From: an uncultured Thermoleophilaceae bacterium | GTDB taxonomy: Bacteria; Actinomycetota; Thermoleophilia; Solirubrobacterales; Thermoleophilaceae | Direction: 5' to 3' | NCBI GenBank assembly: GCA_963837445.1 | Contig: CAWINK010000014.1 | Span: 9,487 to 73,486 of the forward strand | Length of the DNA stretch: 64,000 nucleotides | Shown here: positions 8,853 to 19,245 of the stretch, piece after piece | How positions within the stretch are numbered: position 1 is the first letter of the stretch | Layout: each line of letters starts with the position of its first letter | Position numbers and translations under genes: made by a program | Notes under the pieces: model-generated | Database searches by the model: none | Told to the model about the DNA's origin: nothing | Seen by the model: only the letters and a program-made list of their open reading frames with translations

Positions 8853-10786
8853 CTAGACCGCTTCCAGCTCTAGGTCATCGATCTCATCCTCGACAGGCGC
8901 GGTGCCGTCCTTGATGTCAGCGGCAGGCTCGTCAGGCTCATCGACCTCTGTCGCGTCGACGGGAGTTGGCGCGATTCCGCAGGCGCGCCTGATGTCCTCG
9001 ATGATCGCGGCTTGCCGGGCGTTGACGAAGCCGCCATACAGATCGACGATTTCGTCGTCCGACAGCTCTTCGGGCGCAGCCCGCAGGATCGCAAGCGTGC
9101 TGGCATCGATGAAGTGTGGCTCCAATAGATCGGCTGGCGCGCCTGAGGGGAAGATGTTGTCGTTGGCCACGTAATCCGCGGGGGCCTTGTCCTTGATCTT
9201 GCCGTTGGTTTCGTTGGAGATCAGTGTCCGATTGGCGATCGTGTTGACGTCCGACACGCTTGGTGATGCCATGCCGCTTGAGATAAGCCTGCGGGAAGAT
9301 GTGGTGATCCTGCAGCTCCTGGAGTTGGATGTCCTCGCCGCGACGCCAGTCCCGGGCGTTGCGGAGGGCCAAGCAGGCAGAAGACCCCGCTGTAGCGCGC
9401 GCTTGCGTAGCTCGCCGAGTCGCGGATGCGGAAAGCCTGGAGCGCCGATCGAGTCTGCGCGCTTCGCGGAAGACTTCAGGTTCAGGGCCGTCCTCGAGCC
9501 AATGGCGCGTCATCTCGAGGTAGTCCTTGCGGGACTTGCTCTCCACGGCGCTCGAGTAGCGCTCCATGAAGACGTTGCACCAGTACCAACGACGAAGATC
9601 GGCCCGCTCTTCTGCGCCCAGTCTTGCGCTCGTCGATCTCGGCATCGCAGTGCCGCCAGGATCGGGATGAGGCCGAATCCCGGCAGCCACTTCTTCGCGA
9701 ATACTCCGAAGCCGTCTGGGGCCACCAGCGTGATCAGTTCGAGCGCCCGGTCAATAGCGGCCGCGGCGCGCCGCCAGTCCTCTCGAAGTCCGTCGGCGAA
9801 AGGTCGATCGAGATCCGCGGCTTCGGATCCAGTCCGCGAAGAAGCGCGAGCGTGCGCAGCACCAGGACGCCGAACTTGTGCTCGTCGGCCTTGCCGTTCG
9901 ACCAATCGCGCAAGCCGTGGATGTGCGTGCAACAGCCTCGTCCCACAGGTCGTGCAGGCGGATCCCCGAGCGATAGAGCCGAGCCGTCAGCAGGTCGTAG
10001 ACCGAAAGATCGACGCCCGTCGAGTTGAGCTTCTCGAAGATTGCGCAAACGCGACCGATCGACTCGCTGTCGGAGTCGTCGACGCGGGGCAGCTCGACGA
10101 GCGGAACTTCGAATGTCTGAAAGCGGTGACCGCGCTCGTCCAGCCGTCGCGCCACTCCGCGCGGTAGTCGATCGAGCTTGTCCGGATGCCTTCTGGCGAA
10201 GCCAGTCCTCGAAGCCGTCGCGCCACGTGATAGAAGCGCTGCTGCGTCAGGAGCACGGTGCACGGCAGCATGCGCTGCTCGTACTGGGCCTCCGCCGTAT
10301 CGAGGCCCCGAAGCTCCCGCTTGGCCCGGTCGAAGACGACCTCGTCGCTATCGGGCTCGCTCAGGAGGACGTCGAGGTTCACGAAGAACCATCGCCGCTG
10401 ACTCGAGTCCTTGAGCGAGAGATCTGGGGCAGTCAGCGCGTAGATCAACGACGAGAGCCGCTGCTGGCCATCGAGGATGAGCAGCTCCGGACGCGGCTCG
10501 CGGCGGCGGGTTCGGCACCCCGAAGGAACACGGGAGCGAACGGTGGATTGTTGGCGATCGCACCGAAGCAGTAACAGCGAGCCGATGAAGTAGCCACGCA
10601 CGATCGACCGCACGAGATCGGCGACCTCCTCGCGCGTCCACACAAAGTCGCGCTGGAAGTTCGGCAAGGCAGATCTTGCCGTCATGGGCCGCCTTCGACG
10701 AGGCCGGTCACCTTGCGCTTGTCCGGGATGATCTCCACGTGGTCGGATGCTATCGGCGATTGCTCGGCGGCATCCCCAGCTCTCAC
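8853..10786 (-). pseudogene. GmrSD-type DUF262/DUF1524 protein (type IV restriction-like), at least 8 frame switches
   Basis: DUF262 motifs: ALPNFQRDFVWTREEVADLVRSIVRGYFIGSLLL and ILDGQQRLSSLIYAL. DUF1524/HNH-like motifs: DHHIFPQAYLKRHGITKRV and NTIANRTLISNETNGKIKDKAP. The pieces alternate among all three minus frames. There are two shifts within about 30 nt near 10680. Confidence 0.8.
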
Positions 10787-10876
10787 GGAACAGGCCAACC
10801 AACTGGCATCTGGCTGTGAACACTTTCTGCGCGAGCCCTCATCGGGTCTCGCGTGCTTGGGTTTGGTCGCTCGTGG

Positions 10877-13485
10877 CTACTCGTACGCGATGCCAACGTC
10901 CCGGTACACCGCAGCAGCGCTTTCTGCTTCCCGGACGCTCTACCCGGACATTGGGGTTAAGGAGGTCGAGCATCACGAGCTTGCCCTTATGAGCGCTGTT
11001 GAGGTCGCCCTTGTCGTTCTTGCTGATCGCCTCGATGCGAACGAAGCGGTCGCCGTACTCCTCTGCGAAGTCCGCGAGGCCTTGAGCTTGCCGAACGCGT
11101 CGCTCAGGTGGTGGCCGTGCGGGTCAACGATCGGCGGCAGCGATCTCGCCGTCTGGTACTTCTCGAGAAGAAGACGAAGTCGGGCTGCATCGAGCGCCAA
11201 CGCTCGCCGTCATGCCACGGGACCTGCACCGCGTCCTTCGTCGCCGAGGAGGGGTTGCGGTACCAGGCGACCGTGTTGTCGCGGCCGAGCTCCGTGTCGA
11301 GGACCGAGACCTCCCAGCCGCCGAGCTTGCCGATCGGATAGTTGCCCGTCGTCGTCGGACAGGACGTGCCGTTCGCGCGTCGGCAAGCTGCGTCTTCTGC
11401 TCGCCGTCGATCTCGTGGGTCATCTCGATCCGCGACGCCGGGACCACGACGTCGATCGCTTGCGGCTCCTTCGCCTGTTGCTTGATCTCGTCGTAGCGGC
11501 GCGTCGCTCTTCGCTAAGGCCTTGATCTGCGGCGTGGAGCGATGAGAACCAGCCATTGATCGATCTGGTCAGCCGCGGCCTCGACTTGCTCGACTACCGC
11601 GGGCGATCATGGCGAGCGCTGCCACGCGTCGCCTTCGCTGCATAGATGTCGAAGTCGTCGTCGTCATCGTCGGCGTCCGTCGAGCGCGAGCGTCTTGGCG
11701 TAGCCGTTCGCGATCGCGACGCCGAAGGCGCGCGTCGCCACCTTGAAGGCGTCGTCGACCGTGCGCTCGTCGGCCGCGAGCTGCAGGCTCGCTCTCGGTC
11801 GACTCGTCGCTCAGCCGATTCGCGGTGATGCGCTTGATATCGGCGGTCAGGATCGCCTCAACGTTCTCGTCCACGGCGGGCTTGTGCTGCGCGAGCTGAC
11901 CGTCGAGGATCGCGAAACAGCTTGTCGTGCGCCTCCTGCGTCGGGCTCGGGCGCAGCTCGTCGAGCGCGATCTCCGCCGCGAGGTTCAGCAGGCGCTTCG
12001 TCGGCTTAGCCGGCGCCTTCGGCGAGCCTTGCTCGGCAGGCCGCGAAGCACTCCTTAACGCCCGGCGGGAGCGCCTCGTTCCAGAGCATCGTCACGGGAT
12101 CGATGAGGACCCGGCCGGCTGTCGGCGGAGCGGCGCCATCGTCCTCCTGCGTGACGCCAGTCATGATGTCGGCGACCTGCTTGGCCGTGGTGAGATCGAA
12201 GTGCGGCAGGAAGCAGGTCACGGCGTTCAGGCGCTCGTCGGACTCGATGCGGCGGGCGAGCGGGGTGCGCACCAGCCGGCCGAGCAACTGGGTGATGTGC
12301 GTCCGGTCCTTCGCGGGCCGCAGCGAGACGAGCACCTCGGCCCGCGGGCAGTCCCAGCCGGTCGAGATCGCGTCCTTGGCGAGCAGGACGCGGACGTGCG
12401 TCGCGTCCTGCACGTCCTGCGGCGCGATGTAGGGCGACGTCGTGGCTGCCGTACGTCTGCGTCTGCGTGCTCGCCGAAGACGTTGGCGACGGCGTCGGCC
12501 GGAAGCTCCGGCCACTCCTCGTAGATCGTGTCGAGGAGCGTCTGTGATCTCCGCTCGCTGACGGCTTGTTCGGCACCTGCACGACGAGCAGCGGCCGGAC
12601 CGGCTCGGGCATGTCCTCCTGCGTCGGCGTACGCCGCCCAGAGCTCCGGACGCGTCGCGGCACGCCTTCGCGGCCTCGCGCAGCGAGCACCGTGTCGAAC
12701 GCGCCCGCCTCGTCGGGCAGGTCGAGCCTGATCGTGTCCTTGAGCAGGCCCGACGCCTGCACCGCTGCGTTGTCGACGATCGACGTTCGGGCAGCGTGAT
12801 GCGGTCCTTCGCCTCCTTCATCGCCTCGTTGAAGCGCTCGACCGTGGCCGAGATGCCCCACACGATCGGGACGCGGCGGGCGTGCCGTTGTGCCCGTTGA
12901 TGAGCCGCAGCACGGTTGTCGAGCGATCTTGCTCCTCGGCGTCCTGCGCCGTTGCGGGCCGCATCCCGCGGTGCGCCTCGTCGAGCACGAGGTACGAGCG
13001 TGCGGTCGGCGATCGTTCGATCGTGTTCGCGATGGTCTCCCAGAGCGTGTAGGTCGCGCTTCGTTGCTGCTGGGTGATGAAGCGTGCTTCGCCGTGAGCT
13101 TCTGGCGGTTGAGGAAGTAGACTTCCCGGCGTCGAGCCGCTCGACGTCGAAACTCGTCTCCGATGATCACGCAGGCGCGACGAGCCGAGCCGGTCGCTCG
13201 CCTCCATGATGCGGAAGCGCGTCTGCTCGTTCAGTCGGGTCGTCGGTGACCCAGAGGACGACCGCCTCGGGTCGCGCGTCGAACTCGAACTCGTCCGAGC
13301 CGTCGAACAGCGCCTCGAACACCGCCGCCGCCATGACCGTCTTGCCTGCGCCGGTGATCGCCGACAGCGCGAAGGCGACTGCGGCGGTCCTTGCTCCGTA
13401 GTCGTCGCGCGCGTCGGCAAGGCGCCGCAGGACCTCCGCGACGGCGTCCGTCCTGGTAGTCCTTGAGCGTGAACTGCATCGTCAC
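10877..13485 (-). pseudogene. type III restriction Res-like DEAD/DEAH helicase-nuclease subunit, many frame switches
   Basis: N-terminus MTMQFTLKDYQD. Walker-A-like ITGAGKT by hand translation. YLVLDEAHRGM (DEAH box). ...DATHVRVLLAKDAISTGWDCPRAEVLV (helicase motifs V-VI). C-terminal WRSMQPDFVFF...VDPHGHHLSDAFGKLK tail. Hand-derived stop TAG at 10877-10879. Confidence 0.75.
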
Positions 13486-13496
13486 GCCCCGCCCGG

Positions 13497-15625
13497 CTAT
13501 CGGAAGTTGTCAGGTACGACTCGTAGAGCCGCACCGGCTCGACGCCGTGCAGGCAGCTCGGCCGCGACGACCTGGAACTGCGTCTCGTCGTCGGTCACGA
13601 CGAAGGCGATGCGCAGCCGTCGGCCTCCGCGCACCGCGCTGACGAACTCGCGCCGCCGCGTCCAGGTCGAACAGCACCCCGTAGCGTGTCCGCCACCGTC
13701 GAACGGCTCGTCGGCGCGTCGTCGATCGCGTCGACCCTCGCCGCCGGCGCGCAGCCAGAGCAGCGGCGCGATCGCCTCGAAGCCGAGCCCGTGGCTCGAC
13801 GCGCTCGGGTCCTCGTAGGTCAGGTCGAAGAACTCGACGTTCTCCTCGAAGCCGTCGGCCATCGGGAACTCGTCGGTGAACTTGTAGTCGCCCTTGATCG
13901 GCTCGCCGTCCGGCGTCGGCCGGTGATCGCGGCCGTGATGCGCGGCTTGCGTGATGTGCTCGCAGATCCCGAGCGCCTCCCACTCGGGGTCGCCGGGCCG
14001 CAGGCCCTTGCTCGCGCAGCGCTCGTCTGCCTCGTCGGCCGAGACCTCGTTGTTGGTGACCATGATCGACTGGCGCCGGCCGCCGTCCTGCTGGTTGAGC
14101 CGCATCACGGCGTGGGCCGTCGTGCCGGAGCCGGCGAAGAAGTCGAGGACGACGGCGTCGGCTTGTCTGCCGACGAAGAACCGGAGCGCGTCCTCGACCG
14201 CGTAGAGCGACTTCGGGAACGGGAACCGTCGGTCCGGGCAGCAGCGCTTCGAGCAGTCGCGTGCCGTACTGCTCCGCGTCGTGCGACGAGCGCGTTCCAG
14301 ACTGTCGTCGGGCATGCGATCGCTCGTCGCGTCGAGTACTCGCGATGATCAGCGACCCGTCGTCGTCCTGCCCGACGACCTCGAGCTCGCCGTCCGCAAT
14401 GCTTCGCGATGCTCGCCGCGTGCAGGTAGTAGATCGACGTAGCGCTGTCGCTCGGCGTTGACGCCGCCGACGCGGACGATCCCTCGTCGATAGCGCTCGC
14501 AGCGCGTCCGGCGTGATCTGCCAGTTCCTCTCGGTCCCGTCCTTGCGGATCGGCCAGACGGCACGCAGCCCCGTCGGCGCCGGTGCCGGTCTCGCGGTCG
14601 TCGCGCAGCGAGCGGCTCCCGACGCCGAACGATCTGCCGCGTCTGCCGCGTTCGACGAAGATCGGATAGAACTGGTTCGGTCGGTCCTGCGCGCGCTTGC
14701 GTTCCGCGACCGCATCAGCAGTCCCAGCGACTGCTCGGCGTGTCCTCCAGCGGCAACGGCGCACTCGCCGTCCGACGTAGTCGACGTCGGCTCGACGGCG
14801 ACCGTCGCCGCACCGAGCAGCACGAAGAAGATGTACTCGTCCGACCGCGAGAACGTCGCCGTCGCGGCTGTCCCGCGCGGGTTGATGACGATGCTGACCA
14901 TCTGGATCCGCGCCTCCGGAGAACATCTGCTCCAGCAGCAGCCCGAGCCGCAGATACTCCTTCTCGTCGATCGTGACGATCAGCACCGAGTCCTCCGGGT
15001 TCAGCAGCTCCTTCGCGAGCATGAGCCGCCGCTCCATGAACGCGAGCCACTTGCTGTGCCGGTAAGCGTCGTCGCCGTCGACGTAGTCGTTGTTGTACTT
15101 CCAGTCCTTCGCGCCGCGTGTTGTACGGCGGGTCGATGTAGATGCAGTCGACCTTGCCCGCGTGGGTGAAGAGCAGCGCCTCCAGCGCGTGGTAGTTCTC
15201 GCCGTTGATGACCGTGTGGAACGGCTTGTCGCCGCCGCGCTCGACCTTGCCCGGTCGAGACCAGGCCCGGGATAGATCGGGTCGCGAAACTCGGCGACGA
15301 CCACGAGATCCTCGATCGGCGCTGTGTCGTCTCCGGGTCGTCGGTCAGGCCGCGGAGCACGAGCCGGGCCTGCCGTTTCGCTCCCTTGCCTTCGAAGCCG
15401 ACAACGACCCACGTCGTTGTCTCGCGAACCGGACGTCGCGGAGGACGACCTTGTCCCCGCGGCCGAGCGTCCGACTCGGCAGCTGGATGGACTCGGGGAC
15501 GTGCCGCTCGAAGTTGAGGCCGAACGGTCGCCGGCTGCTGAGAACCGCGACTTCCCGGCGAAGGTCTCCGCGAGCGCCGCGTCGGTCTTCGCGACCTGCG
15601 CGATCAGATCGGTCAGTCGCGACAT
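13497..15625 (-). pseudogene. type III Mod-like N6/N4 DNA methyltransferase, at least 8 frame switches
   Basis: RRPFGLNFERHVPESIQLP N-terminal region. GGDKPFHTVINGENYHALEALLFTHAGKVDCIYIDPPYNT (DPPY motif, verified by hand translation at 15121-15240). VLDFFAGSGTTAHAVMRLN (motif I). Ends ...RLYESYL/DNFR-stop 11 nt before the res start. Confidence 0.8.
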
Positions 15626-15957
15626 ATGTTCGCCCTCCCAACCGCGTCCCCATTGACGTGTTCACGGGAGGTCCAGGCACGCGCGGCAGTCTTCCATGGC
15701 TTTCGACGAAAACACCGCGGTGTCTCCAACTCGCTGGTCGGGGATCCACATGTCCCCGAGACTAGAGCCCGCCGGCCTCCTTGGCTCAGTCGCTCATGAG
15801 GCTCTTCGCATGGGGTACACGTCGGCGATTCCGGGGACGCGCCGCCTCCCAGAGCGACGCACGCCTAGAGTTTGGATCCATGGCCCTCCCCGGCTGAATA
15901 CTGGGAGTCCTTCGACTACACCGTCACTTCCGTCACGAGTTCCTCGGAGACAGTCGG

Positions 15958-16791
15958 ATGATCTCGGCATACCAGTCTGCGACGGACAGTCGGTTCGTGT
16001 GGCGGGGCGCCGCGGACGCAGACTGGCCGCTCTACTCCTCCCTTACTCGGGCATACATCGATCTCCACGGGACTGCTCCTCTTGAGCCAGCACTCCGGGA
16101 GTTCGAGAGCACCGTGATCGAGGAGGCAAGAACTGGGGTCTCGATTGGCATCAGTCAGGCGGCAAGCTGAGTGCGCTTGAGCTGCTTGCCGCGCTGCTCC
16201 AGCGCTACCGGGGTGCCGACGCGGATCATGGACTTCACATTCAACCCCCTCATAGCGTGCTGGTTCGCGGTCGAATCGCACGATGGTTCCAGCGGGCGGG
16301 TCTTCGCAATCGACATCTCAGAACGGCTCGTGCCACGGGAGGATGCAGCGGCGGCGAATCCGTGGTGGTGGCGCGTCGAGCCTGGCGTTACGACCGAATG
16401 GGCGACTACAAGACCTGGGTCTGGCGCCCTCCGCCCTTCGAGGCGCGCATCGTGCGCCAAGACGGGTGCTTTGTCATGGGCGGCGTTCCATCAACCCAGC
16501 CGGCGCGCAATCGACGTACGGCCCCAACAACGTGGAAGCCGCTTCGGGCCGATGACGTAAGGGCTTGTATGTCGATTCCCTTTCGCCTGATCCAGTACGA
16601 GCAGGCTGTTGCCGCCTTCAACGACGAGCACTCTCCGCGGTGCACCCCCTAAGGCGCGTGCTTTCACTTTGCGTATCGCCGGCGACAAGAGCGAGCTTCG
16701 GAAGGAGTTGGCACAGAGCTTCGGGCACACGTACCGCTCGCTTTTCCCGGACTACCCTGGGCTCAAGGCGTTTGGGGAATCATTCCGATAG
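15958..16791 (+). pseudogene. FRG-domain protein, at least 3 frame switches (may start near 15881)
   Basis: FVWRGAADADWPLYSSLTRA, then GVPTRIMDFTFNPLIACWFAVE, then WRPPPFEARIVRQDGCFVMGG, then FTLRIAGDKSELRKELAQSFG. Each piece is in a different plus frame. Confidence 0.7.
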
Positions 16792-16904
16792 GCGCTTATG
16801 TCCTAGACGGACGATCCGGCGATCAGACCGGCCGACGGCGACCTCCACAGGGGCACTGGTCGGAGCTGAGCGACATAGGATGCCGCCATGCCTCGTCAAG
16901 GGGG

Positions 16905-17207
16905 ATGGTCGAGACGGATCGCGCGTACGACTACCCACCGCCCGGCCTATTGCTCATATTCGAGGCCGAGAAATGGGATCAGTCGTGTCCTACTCGACCT
17001 GCCGTGGCCAGTCTATGTGGGTGGTTTCACAGCTTTGCATATGGGTTGAGCCACGTCTTTGGGACGCCCTACAAGGCGGTCGCGAGGTTCCACAAGGCAC
17101 GTAAGGAGTACTGGGAGAGTCGCCTCGAGGACGAAGAAGCACGAGAGCGCTACTTCGACTTCAAAAAGGGAGCAAGCAGAAAAGCGACTGCCGTTCAGGC
17201 TCGCTGA
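16905..17207 (+). CDS. hypothetical protein in the lower-GC spacer next to the tRNA
   Basis: A 100-aa ORF is the only support. Neighbouring frames also carry ORF fragments, so it may be part of a longer frameshifted gene. Confidence 0.25.
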   Translation: MVETDRAYDYPPPGLLLIFEAEKWDQSCPTRPAVASLCGWFHSFAYGLSHVFGTPYKAVARFHKARKEYWESRLEDEEARERYFDFKKGASRKATAVQAR

Positions 17208-17352
17208 AGTCCACGAGACCCACAGGTTGCCGCCGCCGGGAAAATCAATCGAGCTGCCCCCACCCGGGGACCCGAACTACCCGGCTAACGGGTAGCCCCC
17301 GCGGAGCAATGCGATGCCCGGGGGTCGGCCTAACCGGCTCCTACGCGCCCGA

Positions 17353-17426
17353 AGCCGACGGTGGGATTCGAACCCACGACCCCCGCTTTACGAGAGCGGT
17401 GCTCTGGCCATCTGAGCTACGTCGGC
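17353..17426 (-). tRNA. tRNA-Thr (anticodon CGU)
   Basis: The reverse complement GCCGACGTAGCTCAGATGGCCAGAGCACCGCTCTCGTAAAGCGGGGGTCGTGGGTTCGAATCCCACCGTCGGCT folds as a cloverleaf. It has a 7-bp acceptor stem, a GGTTCGAATCC T-arm and anticodon loop CTCGTAA. Confidence 0.9.
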
Positions 17427-17468
17427 GTTTGCGGGGACGAGTGTAGCCCGCTCCTTGCTTCGCTCTTT

Positions 17469-17740
17469 GTGCGGGTTGTGGTTGCGGATTCGGCTTGGGC
17501 GCAGGCTTCGAGGGCTCGCGTTTCGGCGGCGTCCGCCGGAGGGGTGGGCGCTTCTGATTCCGCGGTGCCGGTCGGTTCATACGTTCGGCATGCGGTTCCC
17601 CATTGATCTCGTGTGGCTGGATCGAGGAGGGGGCGGTTCGGGAGGTCATCAGGGCCGTTCCGCCGCGGCGCGTCGTCAGCTGCCGCGGCGCGAAAGCCGT
17701 CATCGAGACCAAGGCCGGCGACGCCGAACAGGCGGCTGCC
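17469..17740 (+). pseudogene. DUF192-domain protein, two frameshifts, 3-prime end unresolved
   Basis: VVVADSAWA, then RLRGLAFRRRPPEGWALLIPRCRSVHTFGMRFPIDLVWLD, then EEGAVREVIRAVPPRRVVSCRGAKAVIETKAGDAE, in three frames. Shifts at about 17500 and 17625. There is no stop before the next gene in the final frame. Confidence 0.5.
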
Positions 17741-17776
17741 TGGGCCGCATCCCGCCGCTCTGGAATTATTCCGCCC

Positions 17777-18121
17777 ATGGCGCAGACGCAGCAGCCGCCC
17801 AATCGCTGGCTCGAGGCTTTCAACCCGCGGGTCCCGCTCTATCGCGACACCTACAACGAGTACCTCGTCTTCGTCGTCTCGGCGATCGGCTCGGTGGCCG
17901 GCACTCAGGTGCCGCTCTACCTCGTCATGGCGCTCACGGACCTGTGGTCCGTCTGGGTGTTCGTCGCGGCCTGCGTCGTCTTCGAGCTCTTCGTGATCTT
18001 CTTCATCGCCCGGCCGCAGATGAAGCCGAATGAGCGGGTCATGTGGGCGGCTCTCTGGGCCGGCGCCACCGCCGTGCTCGCCCTCGCCTTCTACTACCTC
18101 GTCGCCGAGCCGACTCTCTAG
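17777..18121 (+). CDS. small membrane protein (three predicted helices)
   Basis: MAQTQQPPNRWLEAFNPRVPLYRDTYNEYLVFVVSAIGSVAG... is hydrophobic. Convergent with holB, with a 4-nt overlap. Confidence 0.5.
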   Translation: MAQTQQPPNRWLEAFNPRVPLYRDTYNEYLVFVVSAIGSVAGTQVPLYLVMALTDLWSVWVFVAACVVFELFVIFFIARPQMKPNERVMWAALWAGATAVLALAFYYLVAEPTL

Positions 18122-19245
18122 CGCGCGCCCGCCAGCGACGCCAGCCTGAAGCCGAGCGCCGACAGCGCCAGGTCCTCGGTCACGTTCAGCTCCAGCGACT
18201 GGCGCACCTCTTCGCAGCGCTCGGCCGCCTCGCGCAGTCGGCGCGGGTCGCGGCTTCGGGCCTGCTCGGCGAGCGCGGGCGCTCGGTCGGAGGCCAGCAC
18301 CGCGTCGGACGCATCCTCGGCCAGGCAGATCAGGTCGCGGAAGGTCAGGGCGGTCAGCGTCAGCGAGAGCTCGAGTGATTCGCGACGAGCTCGTCGCCCG
18401 TCCCGCTTCGCCGACTCCTCGAACTCCTTCTCGATCGCCTTGCGCTCGCGGCCCTTTGGCTCGAGCTCCAGTCGGCGCTTCGCCTCGACCGCCACCGCCT
18501 CCTCGGCGGCCAGGCCCTGCGCCTCGGCGCGCGCGAGGAGCGGTCGCCACGGCTCGGGGTCGTCGGGAGAACCGCCGGACAGTGCTGCGAGCACGACCGC
18601 CTCCACATCCGAGCGCAGCTGCTCGCCGTCCGGCGACGCCAGGTACCGCGCTCGCGCCGCGTTCCCCAGCGACAACCCCGCGCACGCCTTCGCCCGATCC
18701 GCCGGCACGCCCTCGGCCTCCAGATGCGACGCGATCGTCGCCGCCGGCAGCGGCTCGAAGCGCACCAGCTGGCAGCGCGAGATAACCGTCTCGAGCACCC
18801 GCCCCAGCTGGTCCGTCATCAGGATCAGATGCACATACGACGCCGGCTCCTCCAGCGTCTTCAGCAGCCGGTTCGCCACCTCGTCGTTCATCGTGTCCAC
18901 GCGCTCCAGCACGAACACGCGCCGCCGCGCCTCGAACGGGGTCCGGTAGGCCGCGTTCACCACCGGGCCCTCCACGTCATCGACCCTCATCACGTGCGCG
19001 CCGCTCGGGCGCACCCAGGTCAGGTCGGGATGCGCCCCGTGCATCACGCGCGTGCGCACGGCGTCCGGATCGTCGGACCCCTCGGCCAGCAGCTCCGCCG
19101 CGAACGCCCGCGCCACCGTCCGCTTCCCGGTCCCCGCGGGCCCGTGGAACAGATACGCGTGCGAGGGCTGCCCCGAGGCCAACGAAGCCGACAGCACCAT
19201 CCGCGCCTGCGGGTGGTCCTCCGTCCCTGCGAGCGTGACCGTCAT
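18118..19245 (-). CDS. holB: DNA polymerase III subunit delta-prime
   Basis: MTVTLAGTEDHPQARMVLS...HAYLFHGPAGTGKRTVARAFAAELL...LKTLEEPASYVHLILMT...SRCQLVRF. The ATG overlaps the tmk stop (ATGA). Confidence 0.85.
   Translation of the reverse strand: MTVTLAGTEDHPQARMVLSASLASGQPSHAYLFHGPAGTGKRTVARAFAAELLAEGSDDPDAVRTRVMHGAHPDLTWVRPSGAHVMRVDDVEGPVVNAAYRTPFEARRRVFVLERVDTMNDEVANRLLKTLEEPASYVHLILMTDQLGRVLETVISRCQLVRFEPLPAATIASHLEAEGVPADRAKACAGLSLGNAARARYLASPDGEQLRSDVEAVVLAALSGGSPDDPEPWRPLLARAEAQGLAAEEAVAVEAKRRLELEPKGRERKAIEKEFEESAKRDGRRARRESLELSLTLTALTFRDLICLAEDASDAVLASDRAPALAEQARSRDPRRLREAAERCEEVRQSLELNVTEDLALSALGFRLASLAGAR

Larger units (their letters stand above)
5246..17352. other. composite restriction/defence genomic island between the SnoaL-like gene and tRNA-Thr
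   Basis: Contains only R-M/defence-type genes: Vsr, HNH, Dcm, GmrSD, type III Mod/Res and FRG. Abuts the 3-prime side of a tRNA. Several stretches have visibly lower G+C (not computed). No integrase was found. Confidence 0.7.

Noticed and set aside
5370-16791. Programmed ribosomal frameshifting or recoding as an explanation for the frame switches
   Set aside because: There are far too many switches, in both directions, with no recurring slippery-site or stimulatory-structure pattern. The same phenomenon affects unrelated genes including tmk.
5246-17352. Integrase, transposase or excisionase that would make the island a bona fide mobile element
   Set aside because: No tyrosine/serine recombinase or DDE motifs were recognisable in any frame. 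Heavy indel damage could hide one, so this absence is provisional.
17361-17606. ORF starting MGFEPTTPALRERCSGHLSYVG
   Set aside because: Its first 22 codons are simply the complement of tRNA-Thr. Only the later VVVADSAWA part may belong to the DUF192 gene.
17417-18685. 422-aa minus-strand ORF spanning the tRNA flank, the DUF192 gene, the membrane gene and holB
   Set aside because: Arg/Gly-rich shadow frame. The real genes are the plus-strand DUF192 and membrane genes and holB, which lies in another minus frame.
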